A stretch of 64,000 nucleotides of DNA from Candidatus Aceula lacicola (GTDB taxonomy: Bacteria > Omnitrophota > Gorgyraeia > Zapsychrales > Aceulaceae). The notes beneath the pieces are model-generated. The model did not search any database, was not told where the DNA came from, and was given only the letters and a program-made list of their open reading frames with translations. The number at the start of each line of letters is the position of its first letter. Within the stretch, counting starts at the first letter, position 1. Below are positions 38,299-47,434 of the stretch, one piece after another. The stretch is taken from contig JAVCCC010000044.1 in assembly GCA_030765785.1 (NCBI GenBank), forward strand, positions 1,417 through 65,416, in the 5' to 3' direction. The translations under genes and the position numbers were made by a program.

Positions 38299-40407
38299 CT
38301 ACAGAATAATACGTGCGTCAACAGCAAAGCTGCCATCTTTATTAGTAATTAAAGGATTGATATCAATCTCTTTAACTAATGGTGCTAAGCGTTGAATTGA
38401 ATATAACGTTTGAATAATAGACGGCTTATGCGCCTCAACACCTCTAAATCCATCTAAAATTTTCTTTGCCTTGATATCATTTAAAAGCCGCCCCGCCTCC
38501 ATTTTTCCAAACGGTACGATACGAAAAGACACGTCTTTTAAAGCCTCAACAAAAACTCCGCCAAGACCAAACATAACAACAGGACCAAACTGAAGATCGT
38601 TGCTCATACCAACAATGCACTCAAGACCTTTAACCATCTGAATAAGATTAACCCCTAAGATATTCGCATCCGGTATCGCAGCTGACACATTATTCATCAT
38701 CTTATCAAACTTTTCTTTAAGCTGTTGTTCGTTTTGAATGTTGACCACAACGCCACCAACATCCGATTTATGAATAATCTCAGGAGATGTAATTTTCATA
38801 GCCAATGGATACATATCCTTCGCTTGAGTTACTGCCTCGTCAATATTACGCGCAAATCCCCATTTTGGCGTCGGAACCCCACAAAGCTCTAGAACTTTTC
38901 TCGCTTCATGTTCTAACAATATACTTCGTCCGACACTCTTAATTTTCTCAATCATGTCCACTACTTCTTGCGGTGCTGGATCAATTTTTGGTATTTCTTT
39001 TTTACGTCCTGAAATTTCTTGCCATTTATAAAGCGCTCTTAAAGAAGAAACGGCATCACTTACCTCGCTAAAAGCTGGAATATGATGATCATTTAAATAA
39101 TGAAGCGCTTCTGTCGTACGAGCACCACCAACCATTGAAACAACAACAGGTTTATTACGATTTACTTTTTTATATTCGTCAACAATAGTCTTAGCAATAT
39201 CAATTGGATTAGTTACCGCTGTTTCGCAATAAAGAATAATTACAGATTTAATTCTGTCTTCAGTCAAAGCAATTTTTGTTGACTCTTCATAACCTTTCAC
39301 TCCGCTTCCACCAGTAATATCAATCGGATTTTTTGTACTTCCAAAATCAGGCATAGTTTTTCGAAACTTCTCTTCTAGCCACCTAGAATCATCAACTAAC
39401 TTAATGCCTTCGGTTTCACACTCATCTGTTGTCGCAACGCCAATGCCTCCACCATTTGTAATAATCACAGTTTCATCCCCCTTAGGCAAAGGAAGCGAAA
39501 ATGCACGCGCCCAATCAAATGCTTGCGTAAATGTTTTAGCGCGCAAAAGACCCAATTGCTTAAAAACACCTTCATAAATTTTATCTGATCCGGATAGTGA
39601 CCCAGTATGAGATGCTGCTGCTTTAGCACCCCTGGTCGAAGATCCAACTTTCAAAATCACAACTGGCTTCTTAATTTCTGTTTCGAGAAACTTTCTTCCC
39701 TCTTTAATACCTTCCATATAAATCAAAATCGCATCCACATTGTCATCATTATTAAAATATTCAATCAAATCTTTCTCATCGATATCTGCTTTATTGCCAA
39801 GATTAACTAAAGAAGCAAGCCCAATCTTCTCCATAGCTGTCCACCCCATAAGAGAAATAGCAAGCGCTCCACTCTGAGAAATAAAAGCAATCTTTCCAGG
39901 ACGAATATCCGAAGGCCCGAAACTTGCGTTTAACTTTGATGGCGTGTAAACATATCCAAACATATTTGGCCCTAAAAGTGCAATATTATTTTTATCGGCA
40001 ACCTTTTTTAAACGTTCCTCATCTTCAATATTTCCAACTTCACCAAAACCAGAAGTGATAACCGCAACCCCTTTAACACCCTTACGTGCACATCCTTCCA
40101 AAGTTTGGATGACTAGCGGTGCGGGAATTGAAATAATCGCAACATCGACATCCCCCGGAATTTCTTCAACCATTTTATATGCTTTCTTGCCCAAAACCTC
40201 ATCGTCATGAGGATTGACTGGATAAATTTCTCCTTCATACCCACAATCAATAATATTCTTTAAAATTTGATAGCCAACTTTTCCTGGCTTGGAAGAAGCT
40301 CCTACAATGGCTACGCCACGAGGTTTAAAAATAGCATTGAGATCTTTTTTATGATTTTGATCTTCTGGTTCTTTTTTATTAAGACGAAACAAATCGCTAA
40401 TCGACAT
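38299..40407 (-). CDS. Acetyl-CoA synthetase (ADP-forming), fused alpha/beta subunits
   Basis: 702 aa. N-terminal CoA-binding domain (GVAIVGASSKPGKVGYQI), succinyl-CoA-synthetase-like ligase domain, and C-terminal ATP-grasp domain. Confidence 0.85.
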   Translation of the reverse strand: MSISDLFRLNKKEPEDQNHKKDLNAIFKPRGVAIVGASSKPGKVGYQILKNIIDCGYEGEIYPVNPHDDEVLGKKAYKMVEEIPGDVDVAIISIPAPLVIQTLEGCARKGVKGVAVITSGFGEVGNIEDEERLKKVADKNNIALLGPNMFGYVYTPSKLNASFGPSDIRPGKIAFISQSGALAISLMGWTAMEKIGLASLVNLGNKADIDEKDLIEYFNNDDNVDAILIYMEGIKEGRKFLETEIKKPVVILKVGSSTRGAKAAASHTGSLSGSDKIYEGVFKQLGLLRAKTFTQAFDWARAFSLPLPKGDETVIITNGGGIGVATTDECETEGIKLVDDSRWLEEKFRKTMPDFGSTKNPIDITGGSGVKGYEESTKIALTEDRIKSVIILYCETAVTNPIDIAKTIVDEYKKVNRNKPVVVSMVGGARTTEALHYLNDHHIPAFSEVSDAVSSLRALYKWQEISGRKKEIPKIDPAPQEVVDMIEKIKSVGRSILLEHEARKVLELCGVPTPKWGFARNIDEAVTQAKDMYPLAMKITSPEIIHKSDVGGVVVNIQNEQQLKEKFDKMMNNVSAAIPDANILGVNLIQMVKGLECIVGMSNDLQFGPVVMFGLGGVFVEALKDVSFRIVPFGKMEAGRLLNDIKAKKILDGFRGVEAHKPSIIQTLYSIQRLAPLVKEIDINPLITNKDGSFAVDARIIL

Positions 40408-40543
40408 AAGATGCCTTCTTTCTTAGAAAATAATATAAAGTTAATGATAATGACTTATAAGAAATGAACGAAGTTATTATAACAAATAATTGCTATTTTT
40501 CAATAGCCGTTTTATAGTCAATTATATTGTTATTTTACGGATA

Positions 40544-42556
40544 TTAAAACTCAAAACTAACACCTGAATAAAAGCTTCGCCCTTCAGCTGGGTAAAATCC
40601 TACGGCATTGCTTCCAAAAGAATAAACACCATACGCATTGTACATTCGACCTAATATATTTTTGACACTAAACCAAAATTTTATATTTTTATACTGATAA
40701 TCTAATTTAAAATTAAACGTAATATACGAATTCAATTTGGGCTGAACGTTAGCTTGATCACTAATGGCAAAACATTTGTCCACATAATTCATAGAAAATG
40801 TTGTGCTTAAATCATCAAGCGGATACACAGAAATGCCAGCTGAAACTTTATTTCGAGGCACAAATGGAACCTTATTCCCTGAATACGATCCTCCTTTTAA
40901 AAAGGCATCCTGATAAGTCCAGTTAACATATAGCTCTAAGAAATCTTCAAAAAACTTTGCCTTGCTGTTCACCTCAAAACCATAATGTCTTGTTTGAGGA
41001 TCGTAATTCGAATTTTTATATGTAATCGGATCATAATAAATTTCATTATCAATGTCCATCAAAAATATATTAGCATCTGCAAAAAACCCGGGCAAAGAGA
41101 CATCGCGAACACCAAGTTCATAGTTATGCGCCACTTGATGTTTTAAATTCGTATTGAGTCCCCCTCCGCTACCCCAAAAACCAGTATAAACGTTTTGATA
41201 ATATTCATCTGTTACTGGCAATCGGAATGACCTTGAATAATCAAAAAAAAGCTGAGAATCTTCATGATACTTATATCCTAATCCAAAACTAAAAGAACCA
41301 TCATTAATAGATTTTGAATCTTTGTTAACAGACACAGCCGTTTGATCAAAATCATACTCAGCCCATGTTCCTCGACCACCAAAACTAATTAAGAGCTTAT
41401 CTCTAATTTTAATATTTTCTAAAACATAAACGCCAATTGTTTGTTTTGTAATATCAACAAAATCTTGGGCTGAACGTTGATTTCCGCTTCGAACCTTATC
41501 TTTTGCACAAAAATAATCAAGCCCTATCGTTGTATCGCTAAAAATATCTTGAGTCATCATAGATTTTATCTGAAGCTTTGGGCGCAATTCAAAAGACTCA
41601 ATTTGATGAAGCGTTTCGTATCGTCCCCAGCTCGAAACAGACAATGACTTATTATCTCTTTTTCGATAAGAAAATGCCGAAGAAAATTCCATATCACTAT
41701 CTTTAATTGTAAAGCTTATTTTTGGCTCTACATTCACAAAATAATCAGATGTCCATCCTTTATCATCTGTATGCATTGTTCCTCTTCGCCCAACAGCATC
41801 AATATCTGTCGCAAAAAGAGCGCCAGGCATTCCATAGCGATCTCGATGATAACCCGTTGAGCATTCTAAAGAAAATCGATCGGTTAAGGAAAAAGATAAA
41901 TTAGAAAGATAATTATTAGACCAATAATCATTATTAGCTCGATAACCAGAAGATTGTTGATGAGAATAATCAAAGAAATAATCAATCTGCTTCGCTGTCC
42001 CGCTAGCGGATAAAAACGATTTCATATATTGATAACTGCCAATCTCTGTACCAATACGAAACGGCAATTCTGTCGCTTGATGCCCTTTTTTTGTAACAAT
42101 ATTAATAACACCCGCAGAAGCATTATCCCCATACAATACCGTCGAAGCTCCTTTTAAAATCTCAATATGATCAATAGAATCAAGACCAATCTGTCCCCAA
42201 TCCACCCCAGAAAGATCAACCTGATTCGTTCTTCGACCATCAATCAAAACAAGCACATTTGTTTTACTCGTTTCCCCAGAGCCACGAATGTCAATATTTA
42301 CTCCCTTAGGATTTCCTAAATAATCAGCAACAAAAACACCACTCTGCATTCCAATGATTTCCGGCACAGATGTAGCCGTTGATTGCTCGATATCTTCTCT
42401 CGTAATAATGGAAACGCCTTGCGTCACATCCGATATGTTTAAACTATTTCGACTCGCCAAAACATTAATCTTTCCTAAATCAAAATCATTGCTTCCCAGG
42501 CAAATATTTGGAATTAAAAAAAATGTTAATAATAAAAAACTTATTCTTTCTTTCAT
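40544..42556 (-). CDS. TonB-dependent outer-membrane receptor (BtuB-like, judging by the upstream cobalamin riboswitch)
   Basis: 670 aa. Signal peptide, plug domain (DVTQGVSIITREDIE), beta-barrel, C-terminal ...GVSFEF. Confidence 0.85.
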   Translation of the reverse strand: MKERISFLLLTFFLIPNICLGSNDFDLGKINVLASRNSLNISDVTQGVSIITREDIEQSTATSVPEIIGMQSGVFVADYLGNPKGVNIDIRGSGETSKTNVLVLIDGRRTNQVDLSGVDWGQIGLDSIDHIEILKGASTVLYGDNASAGVINIVTKKGHQATELPFRIGTEIGSYQYMKSFLSASGTAKQIDYFFDYSHQQSSGYRANNDYWSNNYLSNLSFSLTDRFSLECSTGYHRDRYGMPGALFATDIDAVGRRGTMHTDDKGWTSDYFVNVEPKISFTIKDSDMEFSSAFSYRKRDNKSLSVSSWGRYETLHQIESFELRPKLQIKSMMTQDIFSDTTIGLDYFCAKDKVRSGNQRSAQDFVDITKQTIGVYVLENIKIRDKLLISFGGRGTWAEYDFDQTAVSVNKDSKSINDGSFSFGLGYKYHEDSQLFFDYSRSFRLPVTDEYYQNVYTGFWGSGGGLNTNLKHQVAHNYELGVRDVSLPGFFADANIFLMDIDNEIYYDPITYKNSNYDPQTRHYGFEVNSKAKFFEDFLELYVNWTYQDAFLKGGSYSGNKVPFVPRNKVSAGISVYPLDDLSTTFSMNYVDKCFAISDQANVQPKLNSYITFNFKLDYQYKNIKFWFSVKNILGRMYNAYGVYSFGSNAVGFYPAEGRSFYSGVSFEF

Positions 42557-42770
42557 TTTTATCCTTTTTTAAAAAATAATTCTTTGTTGAAGATGTTCTG
42601 TCAAGCTAATCTAAGAAATTAACGAAACATCCTTCATCGTCTCGCTAATTTTAGAGACTCCTCAGGATTATCTATCTGCCTTTTCTTAAAAACATTAACA
42701 AAATACATCCTTCGCAAAAACGCTCAGGATCTTCTTTTTATCTGCTCTAAGAAACAATATAAGGTAGATA

Positions 42771-42804
42771 AAAAAACTCCCAACCAAAAAATTCAGCTGG
42801 GAGT
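42771..42804 (-). terminator. Intrinsic terminator, or expression-platform hairpin of the cobalamin riboswitch
   Basis: Minus strand reads CUCCCAGCUGAAUUUUUUGGUUGGGAG followed by U7. Confidence 0.55.
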
Positions 42805-42834
42805 GCATCCTCGAAACTCTAGTCCTCAACATTT

Positions 42835-42990
42835 ATCCGTATGCCATTCTCTCGCGGCATATAAATATATAATTTTAGGCAGGCGTTCTGGCTCCTAGAA
42901 GACATTCTAGTTACAGTAGCGGGACTGCATCTGATTCTCACAGATTTTCCCTCTTAAGTTCTAAATTTCTTTAGAGACACCTAAAATAAA
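42835..42990 (-). ncRNA. Cobalamin (B12) riboswitch
   Basis: Minus strand reads GAGGGAAAAUCUGUGAGAAUCAGAUGCAGUCCCGCUACUGUAA ... AGGAGCCAGAACGCCUGCC. This matches the conserved GGGAA / GUGAnAAUC / GCnGnCCCGCnACnGUAA core and the B12 box. Confidence 0.85.
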
Positions 42991-42996
42991 AAAATT

Positions 42997-43494
42997 TTAA
43001 AGAACATACGCAAAACAAGTTTGTTTTATTCGTTTCACTAAAAACTCATAAACTCCAAAGAATACAATACTATATCCAACCGTGCTCAAAAGAGTCATTC
43101 TAAAAAATGGAATCGCAAGCGTAAAACAGGTCGCCAACCCTTTAAGTGTTAATGGATAATATCCTGAAAGCCAAACACCGAAGTTTGTAATCACAAAGAA
43201 AGCAAATGCTGATGCAGCGCTAGACACAACAACATTCTTTGCACTTTTCTTGTTTCGAAGCCAAAGTCCAATTGCGGATATCAGAAATAAACTACCCCAC
43301 GTAAAAAGCATCACAGAATGTATTCCTAGTATGATGTCTGTTGCCATCATTAAAAGAATAGGAAAAAACATTGCATATTTCTTGTCTAAATAAACACCGC
43401 CAAAAAGCACAAGTGCGAGGACTGGCGTAAAATTTGCCGGATGAACAACAAACCGCATCGTAACACCAAAAATTAATAATCCAAATGCTAACAT
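42997..43494 (-). CDS. Small polytopic membrane protein (possible ECF-type substrate-binding S-component; uncertain)
   Basis: 165 aa with 5-6 transmembrane helices. No diagnostic motif recognised. Confidence 0.45.
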   Translation of the reverse strand: MLAFGLLIFGVTMRFVVHPANFTPVLALVLFGGVYLDKKYAMFFPILLMMATDIILGIHSVMLFTWGSLFLISAIGLWLRNKKSAKNVVVSSAASAFAFFVITNFGVWLSGYYPLTLKGLATCFTLAIPFFRMTLLSTVGYSIVFFGVYEFLVKRIKQTCFAYVL

Positions 43495-43573
43495 AAAAAT
43501 AACTCCTTTTCTTAAATCTTAATCACTGTAATACTAATTTTTAATAAAATTAATTCGAAAATATCCAAAAACT

Positions 43574-44287
43574 CTATTGCATCGGAATAAGCCACTCAAT
43601 TTCCTTTAAGAGCTCTTCAATCTTAAAAGGTTTTGTCATATATTTTTGTGCACCCACAACTTTACCAATAAGACGATCTGCATCATCTTGAAGTGCCGTT
43701 AACATAATGATTGGAATGGATTCATCCTTGCTTTCCCGACGAATCTTTCGACAGACTTCAAATCCATTTAACTTTGGCATTTTTAAATCAAGCACAATTA
43801 AATCTGGTGCCTCTGTTAAATATTTTCGATATCCCTCTTCACCGTCAAATGCTACCACCGTCTCATATCCCTCCTTCTTAAAATAAGCTTGCAAAAGAGA
43901 AACCAGATCTTCCTCATCATCAATAATTAAAATTTTCTTTTTTCGATCGGACAAAACAATCATTTGTTCACAAAAGAATTTAAAAAACTTCTTTTCATCT
44001 TCACTGTCTGTTTTAGAAATTTTGACACCAATTCGATATAAATCAAAATCATCAAGTTTTAACGCCCAGATAGCCACCGCTTTCAGCAAAACCTCCTCAC
44101 CATCTTTTACTTGAACAAACAGATCGATTTCTTCTCCATTTTCTATCTTCAGCCCTGAACGAAAACAAATACCTTCTGCGCTTAAGTTAACGGTTGTTGT
44201 TTCAAAGAATTCCTCTGAAATACTAGAAATTTTAAACCGCCCAGAGAAATTAACATCTACTCTCTTATACGCTCTTTTTTCTGTCAT
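43574..44287 (-). CDS. PilZ-REC fusion response regulator (N-terminal PilZ domain, C-terminal receiver, no DNA-binding output)
   Basis: N-terminal KRAYKRVDVNFSGRF ... NLSAEGICF (PilZ RxxxR / DxSxxG-like). C-terminal KKILIIDDE...LIVLDLKMPKLNG receiver. Confidence 0.72.
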   Translation of the reverse strand: MTEKRAYKRVDVNFSGRFKISSISEEFFETTTVNLSAEGICFRSGLKIENGEEIDLFVQVKDGEEVLLKAVAIWALKLDDFDLYRIGVKISKTDSEDEKKFFKFFCEQMIVLSDRKKKILIIDDEEDLVSLLQAYFKKEGYETVVAFDGEEGYRKYLTEAPDLIVLDLKMPKLNGFEVCRKIRRESKDESIPIIMLTALQDDADRLIGKVVGAQKYMTKPFKIEELLKEIEWLIPMQ

Positions 44288-44289
44288 TT

Positions 44290-45207
44290 CTAAATATCTC
44301 CTTCTAACAAGGCATCAATTCGCTCCAAAAGCTGACTCTCACCATCATAAACAAGAATTGAAACTCCTTTTTTGTTTAATATTTCCTTTTTTCTTTTCTC
44401 AAGCCCAAGACCTCCGTAGACAATAACCGGGATATCCTGCGTACGCTCTGCGCCTCTTAAAAGATCAATAAGATTATCAGCGCGCATTTCACAAAGAATC
44501 TCTTTTATAAAAATAACATTTGGCAAATAGCTAATAGCCCCTTCCAAACACTTCGAAGGATTTCGAGCAATGTGAGCAAGAAGTCCATTCTTAAAAAAGA
44601 TTTCTTCAACCTTAGCGCAAAGTTGATCATCATCTTCAGCCAAAAGAATTTTATAAACTTTTTTTCTTTTTTTCACTGAAAGAGAAGCGCCTCCAATGAG
44701 GACACCTCCATCATCACCCTCTTCTTGCTGTCCAATAACGCCTTCAATCATAGATTCAGGCGTACTAACGCTATCCAAAGAATCTTGTTCCTTCAATTTC
44801 TCAATTTTCTCTTTTTGCGCACCATAATCTTTTAAATCTCGCCTTATGACATGTTCGATTTGCTGAACCACCTCGTTGATTTTAAACGGCTTCTCTAAAA
44901 AACCGTCAACCTTAACGACCTCAAAATAATCTCTCATACCAGCGCGTGCGGTTAAAATAATGAACGGAATATTTTTTCCAAAATCTGTTTCTTTTAATTC
45001 TTTTAAAAAATCATTCCCACTTTTCTTTGGCATAAGAACATCCGATAAAATAACATCCGGACGGACTTTCTCAGTCAACGCAAGGGCTTCCTCACCATCA
45101 GCTGCCTGGTAAACTTCATATCCTTGTTTCTCGAGTTCTTCAGCAATTAAAATCCGCAGATCTTTTTCATCCTCAGCTAAAAGAACTTTAATCTTTTTCA
45201 TACTCAT
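44290..45207 (-). CDS. Tandem-receiver protein (canonical REC1, degenerate REC2, no output domain)
   Basis: REC1 has VLLAEDEKDL...DVILSDVLMPKKSG. REC2 has ILLAEDDDQL... Confidence 0.72.
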   Translation of the reverse strand: MSMKKIKVLLAEDEKDLRILIAEELEKQGYEVYQAADGEEALALTEKVRPDVILSDVLMPKKSGNDFLKELKETDFGKNIPFIILTARAGMRDYFEVVKVDGFLEKPFKINEVVQQIEHVIRRDLKDYGAQKEKIEKLKEQDSLDSVSTPESMIEGVIGQQEEGDDGGVLIGGASLSVKKRKKVYKILLAEDDDQLCAKVEEIFFKNGLLAHIARNPSKCLEGAISYLPNVIFIKEILCEMRADNLIDLLRGAERTQDIPVIVYGGLGLEKRKKEILNKKGVSILVYDGESQLLERIDALLEGDI

Positions 45208-45209
45208 AT

Positions 45210-45680
45210 TTAGAAATCTCCTAAAATTTTCCGAACAAGCCCTAAAAGAGTTTCTCTTGAAAAAGGCTTTTCTAAATACATTATACTCTCAAAATTTTGC
45301 GCTTTCTTAAAAATTTCTCCAACCATACGTTTTGGCGTTGGCATCTTCTTTCGATCAATCCTATCCTTAGAAATCCCCTGCTTGTCCAACTCTTCTTTTT
45401 CTAAATAAGTAGCTTCCCCTAACCCGCTTGTAATAACAACTGGAATTTTATCCGTTTCGGAATTTTGCCTTAAAAGGCGGAGAACTTCATCACCCCTCAT
45501 TTTAGGCATAACGTAATCTAAAAAAATTAAATCCGGCTTTTTTTCTAAAACAATATAATACCCTTCTTCGCCATCTAATGCGGTATCAACTTCAAAGGGT
45601 CCCATGCCTTCTAAAAGTGATTTCATAAGAAAACAAAAATCTTTTTCGTCATCAATAATAACAATTTTCTTCTTTTCCAT
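45210..45680 (-). CDS. Single-domain response regulator (CheY-like)
   Basis: 156 aa with IVIIDDEKDF...LIFLDYVMPKMRG. Confidence 0.8.
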   Translation of the reverse strand: MEKKKIVIIDDEKDFCFLMKSLLEGMGPFEVDTALDGEEGYYIVLEKKPDLIFLDYVMPKMRGDEVLRLLRQNSETDKIPVVITSGLGEATYLEKEELDKQGISKDRIDRKKMPTPKRMVGEIFKKAQNFESIMYLEKPFSRETLLGLVRKILGDF

Positions 45681-45694
45681 AAAAATCCTTTCTT

Positions 45695-47407
45695 TTACTT
45701 AGCAGAAAAAGGAATACGAATAATAAATTTAGTGCCCTTGCCTTCTTCGCTTTCCACTTCGATCGTTGCATGATGTTTCTCTAAAATCATATAAACGGTG
45801 CTCAAACCCAATCCGGTTCCTCTTCCTTGTTCTTTTGTTGTATAAAAAGGTTCGAAAATTCTAGACATCACTTCTTTGGACATGCCTGGACCCGTATCTG
45901 ATACCTCTACAACAATCTGATCTTTTTGCGTTTTATCTTTCTCTAAACATGTCTTAACAAAAATGTCTCCTGCGCCCTCTATGGCGTCTCCAGCATTAAG
46001 CAAAAGATTAAAAAAAACCTGTTCCATTAGAATCTTATCCGCAAAAATTATTATTTCTTGGATAAAACACTCCCAATGAAAAATAATATTTTTAGATTTA
46101 AACACATTTTTCGCTAATAAAGTTGCGTTATTAAGAATTTCTTCAACAGAAACTTCTTCCATCTTAATGTCCGAAGAACGAGAAAAATTTAGAAGCTGCA
46201 CAACAACACTATTTGCACGCTCAGCCGCCTCTTTAATCATTTTTAAATGACTCCTTGTCTTCTCATCGGATTCAGCGATCTCATGATCTAGAGACCCTAC
46301 GCTAAGCAAAATAATAGCCAGAGGATTTTTAACTTCATGAGCCACTCCTGCAGACAACTGCCCAACGGCTGCCATTTTCTCTGATTGTAAAATCTGACCC
46401 TGCGCTTCCTTCAGTTGCTTTTGCTGCTTAAAAAACTTTGATATTAATCGCGCAATAACACCAAACTCTGCGCCACTTTTTTCTAAATCCTCAAGCTGAT
46501 CAACTTCTTCACAAGACAATGCTTTCGAAATTTTTCCTAAAGGCTTTGAAATCCAAACAAATCCAAACAAAAAGAAAAATATCAAAAAAGAAATTATAGA
46601 TACGATAAAATAATAAAAATTCTTTTGTTTTGATCTTAAAAGATAGTCTGCCAAAGGATACTGTGTTCGAAAAACAAGAGATCCAACAGCCTCTCCATCA
46701 AATCCATACAACTCTCTATAAATATAAAAAACATCTTCCAAGTCACGATGGAGCTCCTTAACGTCCTCATCTTTATACGATAACCGATCCATTAAAAAAA
46801 CATTTCCCTCCATTAGCTGAGAAAAATTTTCAACAAATTCATTATTTAAAGCACGCGCAACCAAAAAATATCCTCTCGGAGGAGTCTTTCGATCAACATC
46901 AGAGGTAGGATGAATTGTTGCCCCTCGAACCTCTAGAGGTCCCTCTTTAGACCATACAAAAAAATCGACAAAATGTTCACTATACAATTTTTCTTTAATT
47001 TTATTAAAAGAAATAGGAAATTCCTTTAAAAAACCCTCTTCCTCCTCCTGAATAGAATAAATAAGCCTTGAGTCTAAATCGTAAACCCAAGCAAACTGAA
47101 TATCATAAGTTTCCATAGCATTACCGATATTTTCTTCAGCCCATTCTTCAGCCTCTTCATCTGTTTGATTTTTTCGCTCTATAAGATCAACCATTTCATC
47201 CCAATAAGTATAATCAAAAGAAATTGCATCTAAAGAGTTTCCTTTAAGATTAAAAATCTCATTAAAAAAGTACGTTGTGTGTTCTTTGCGATCTTCCAGA
47301 ATAGTAAAAAACTCTTTTTGCTGAATTTGATCGATAAAAAATAATCCCACCGAAAAAAATACAATTGTTAACAATAAAAACAAAACAAGTTTTACTTGTA
47401 TCTTCAT
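45695..47407 (-). CDS. Sensor histidine kinase (two transmembrane segments, extracytoplasmic sensor domain, HisKA, HATPase)
   Basis: H-box HEVKNPLAII. N, G1 and G2 boxes (LLLNAGDA, DTGPGM, GTGLGLS). Confidence 0.88.
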   Translation of the reverse strand: MKIQVKLVLFLLLTIVFFSVGLFFIDQIQQKEFFTILEDRKEHTTYFFNEIFNLKGNSLDAISFDYTYWDEMVDLIERKNQTDEEAEEWAEENIGNAMETYDIQFAWVYDLDSRLIYSIQEEEEGFLKEFPISFNKIKEKLYSEHFVDFFVWSKEGPLEVRGATIHPTSDVDRKTPPRGYFLVARALNNEFVENFSQLMEGNVFLMDRLSYKDEDVKELHRDLEDVFYIYRELYGFDGEAVGSLVFRTQYPLADYLLRSKQKNFYYFIVSIISFLIFFFLFGFVWISKPLGKISKALSCEEVDQLEDLEKSGAEFGVIARLISKFFKQQKQLKEAQGQILQSEKMAAVGQLSAGVAHEVKNPLAIILLSVGSLDHEIAESDEKTRSHLKMIKEAAERANSVVVQLLNFSRSSDIKMEEVSVEEILNNATLLAKNVFKSKNIIFHWECFIQEIIIFADKILMEQVFFNLLLNAGDAIEGAGDIFVKTCLEKDKTQKDQIVVEVSDTGPGMSKEVMSRIFEPFYTTKEQGRGTGLGLSTVYMILEKHHATIEVESEEGKGTKFIIRIPFSAK

Positions 47408-47434
47408 ATTTTCTCCTATAACAAAAACATTTGG

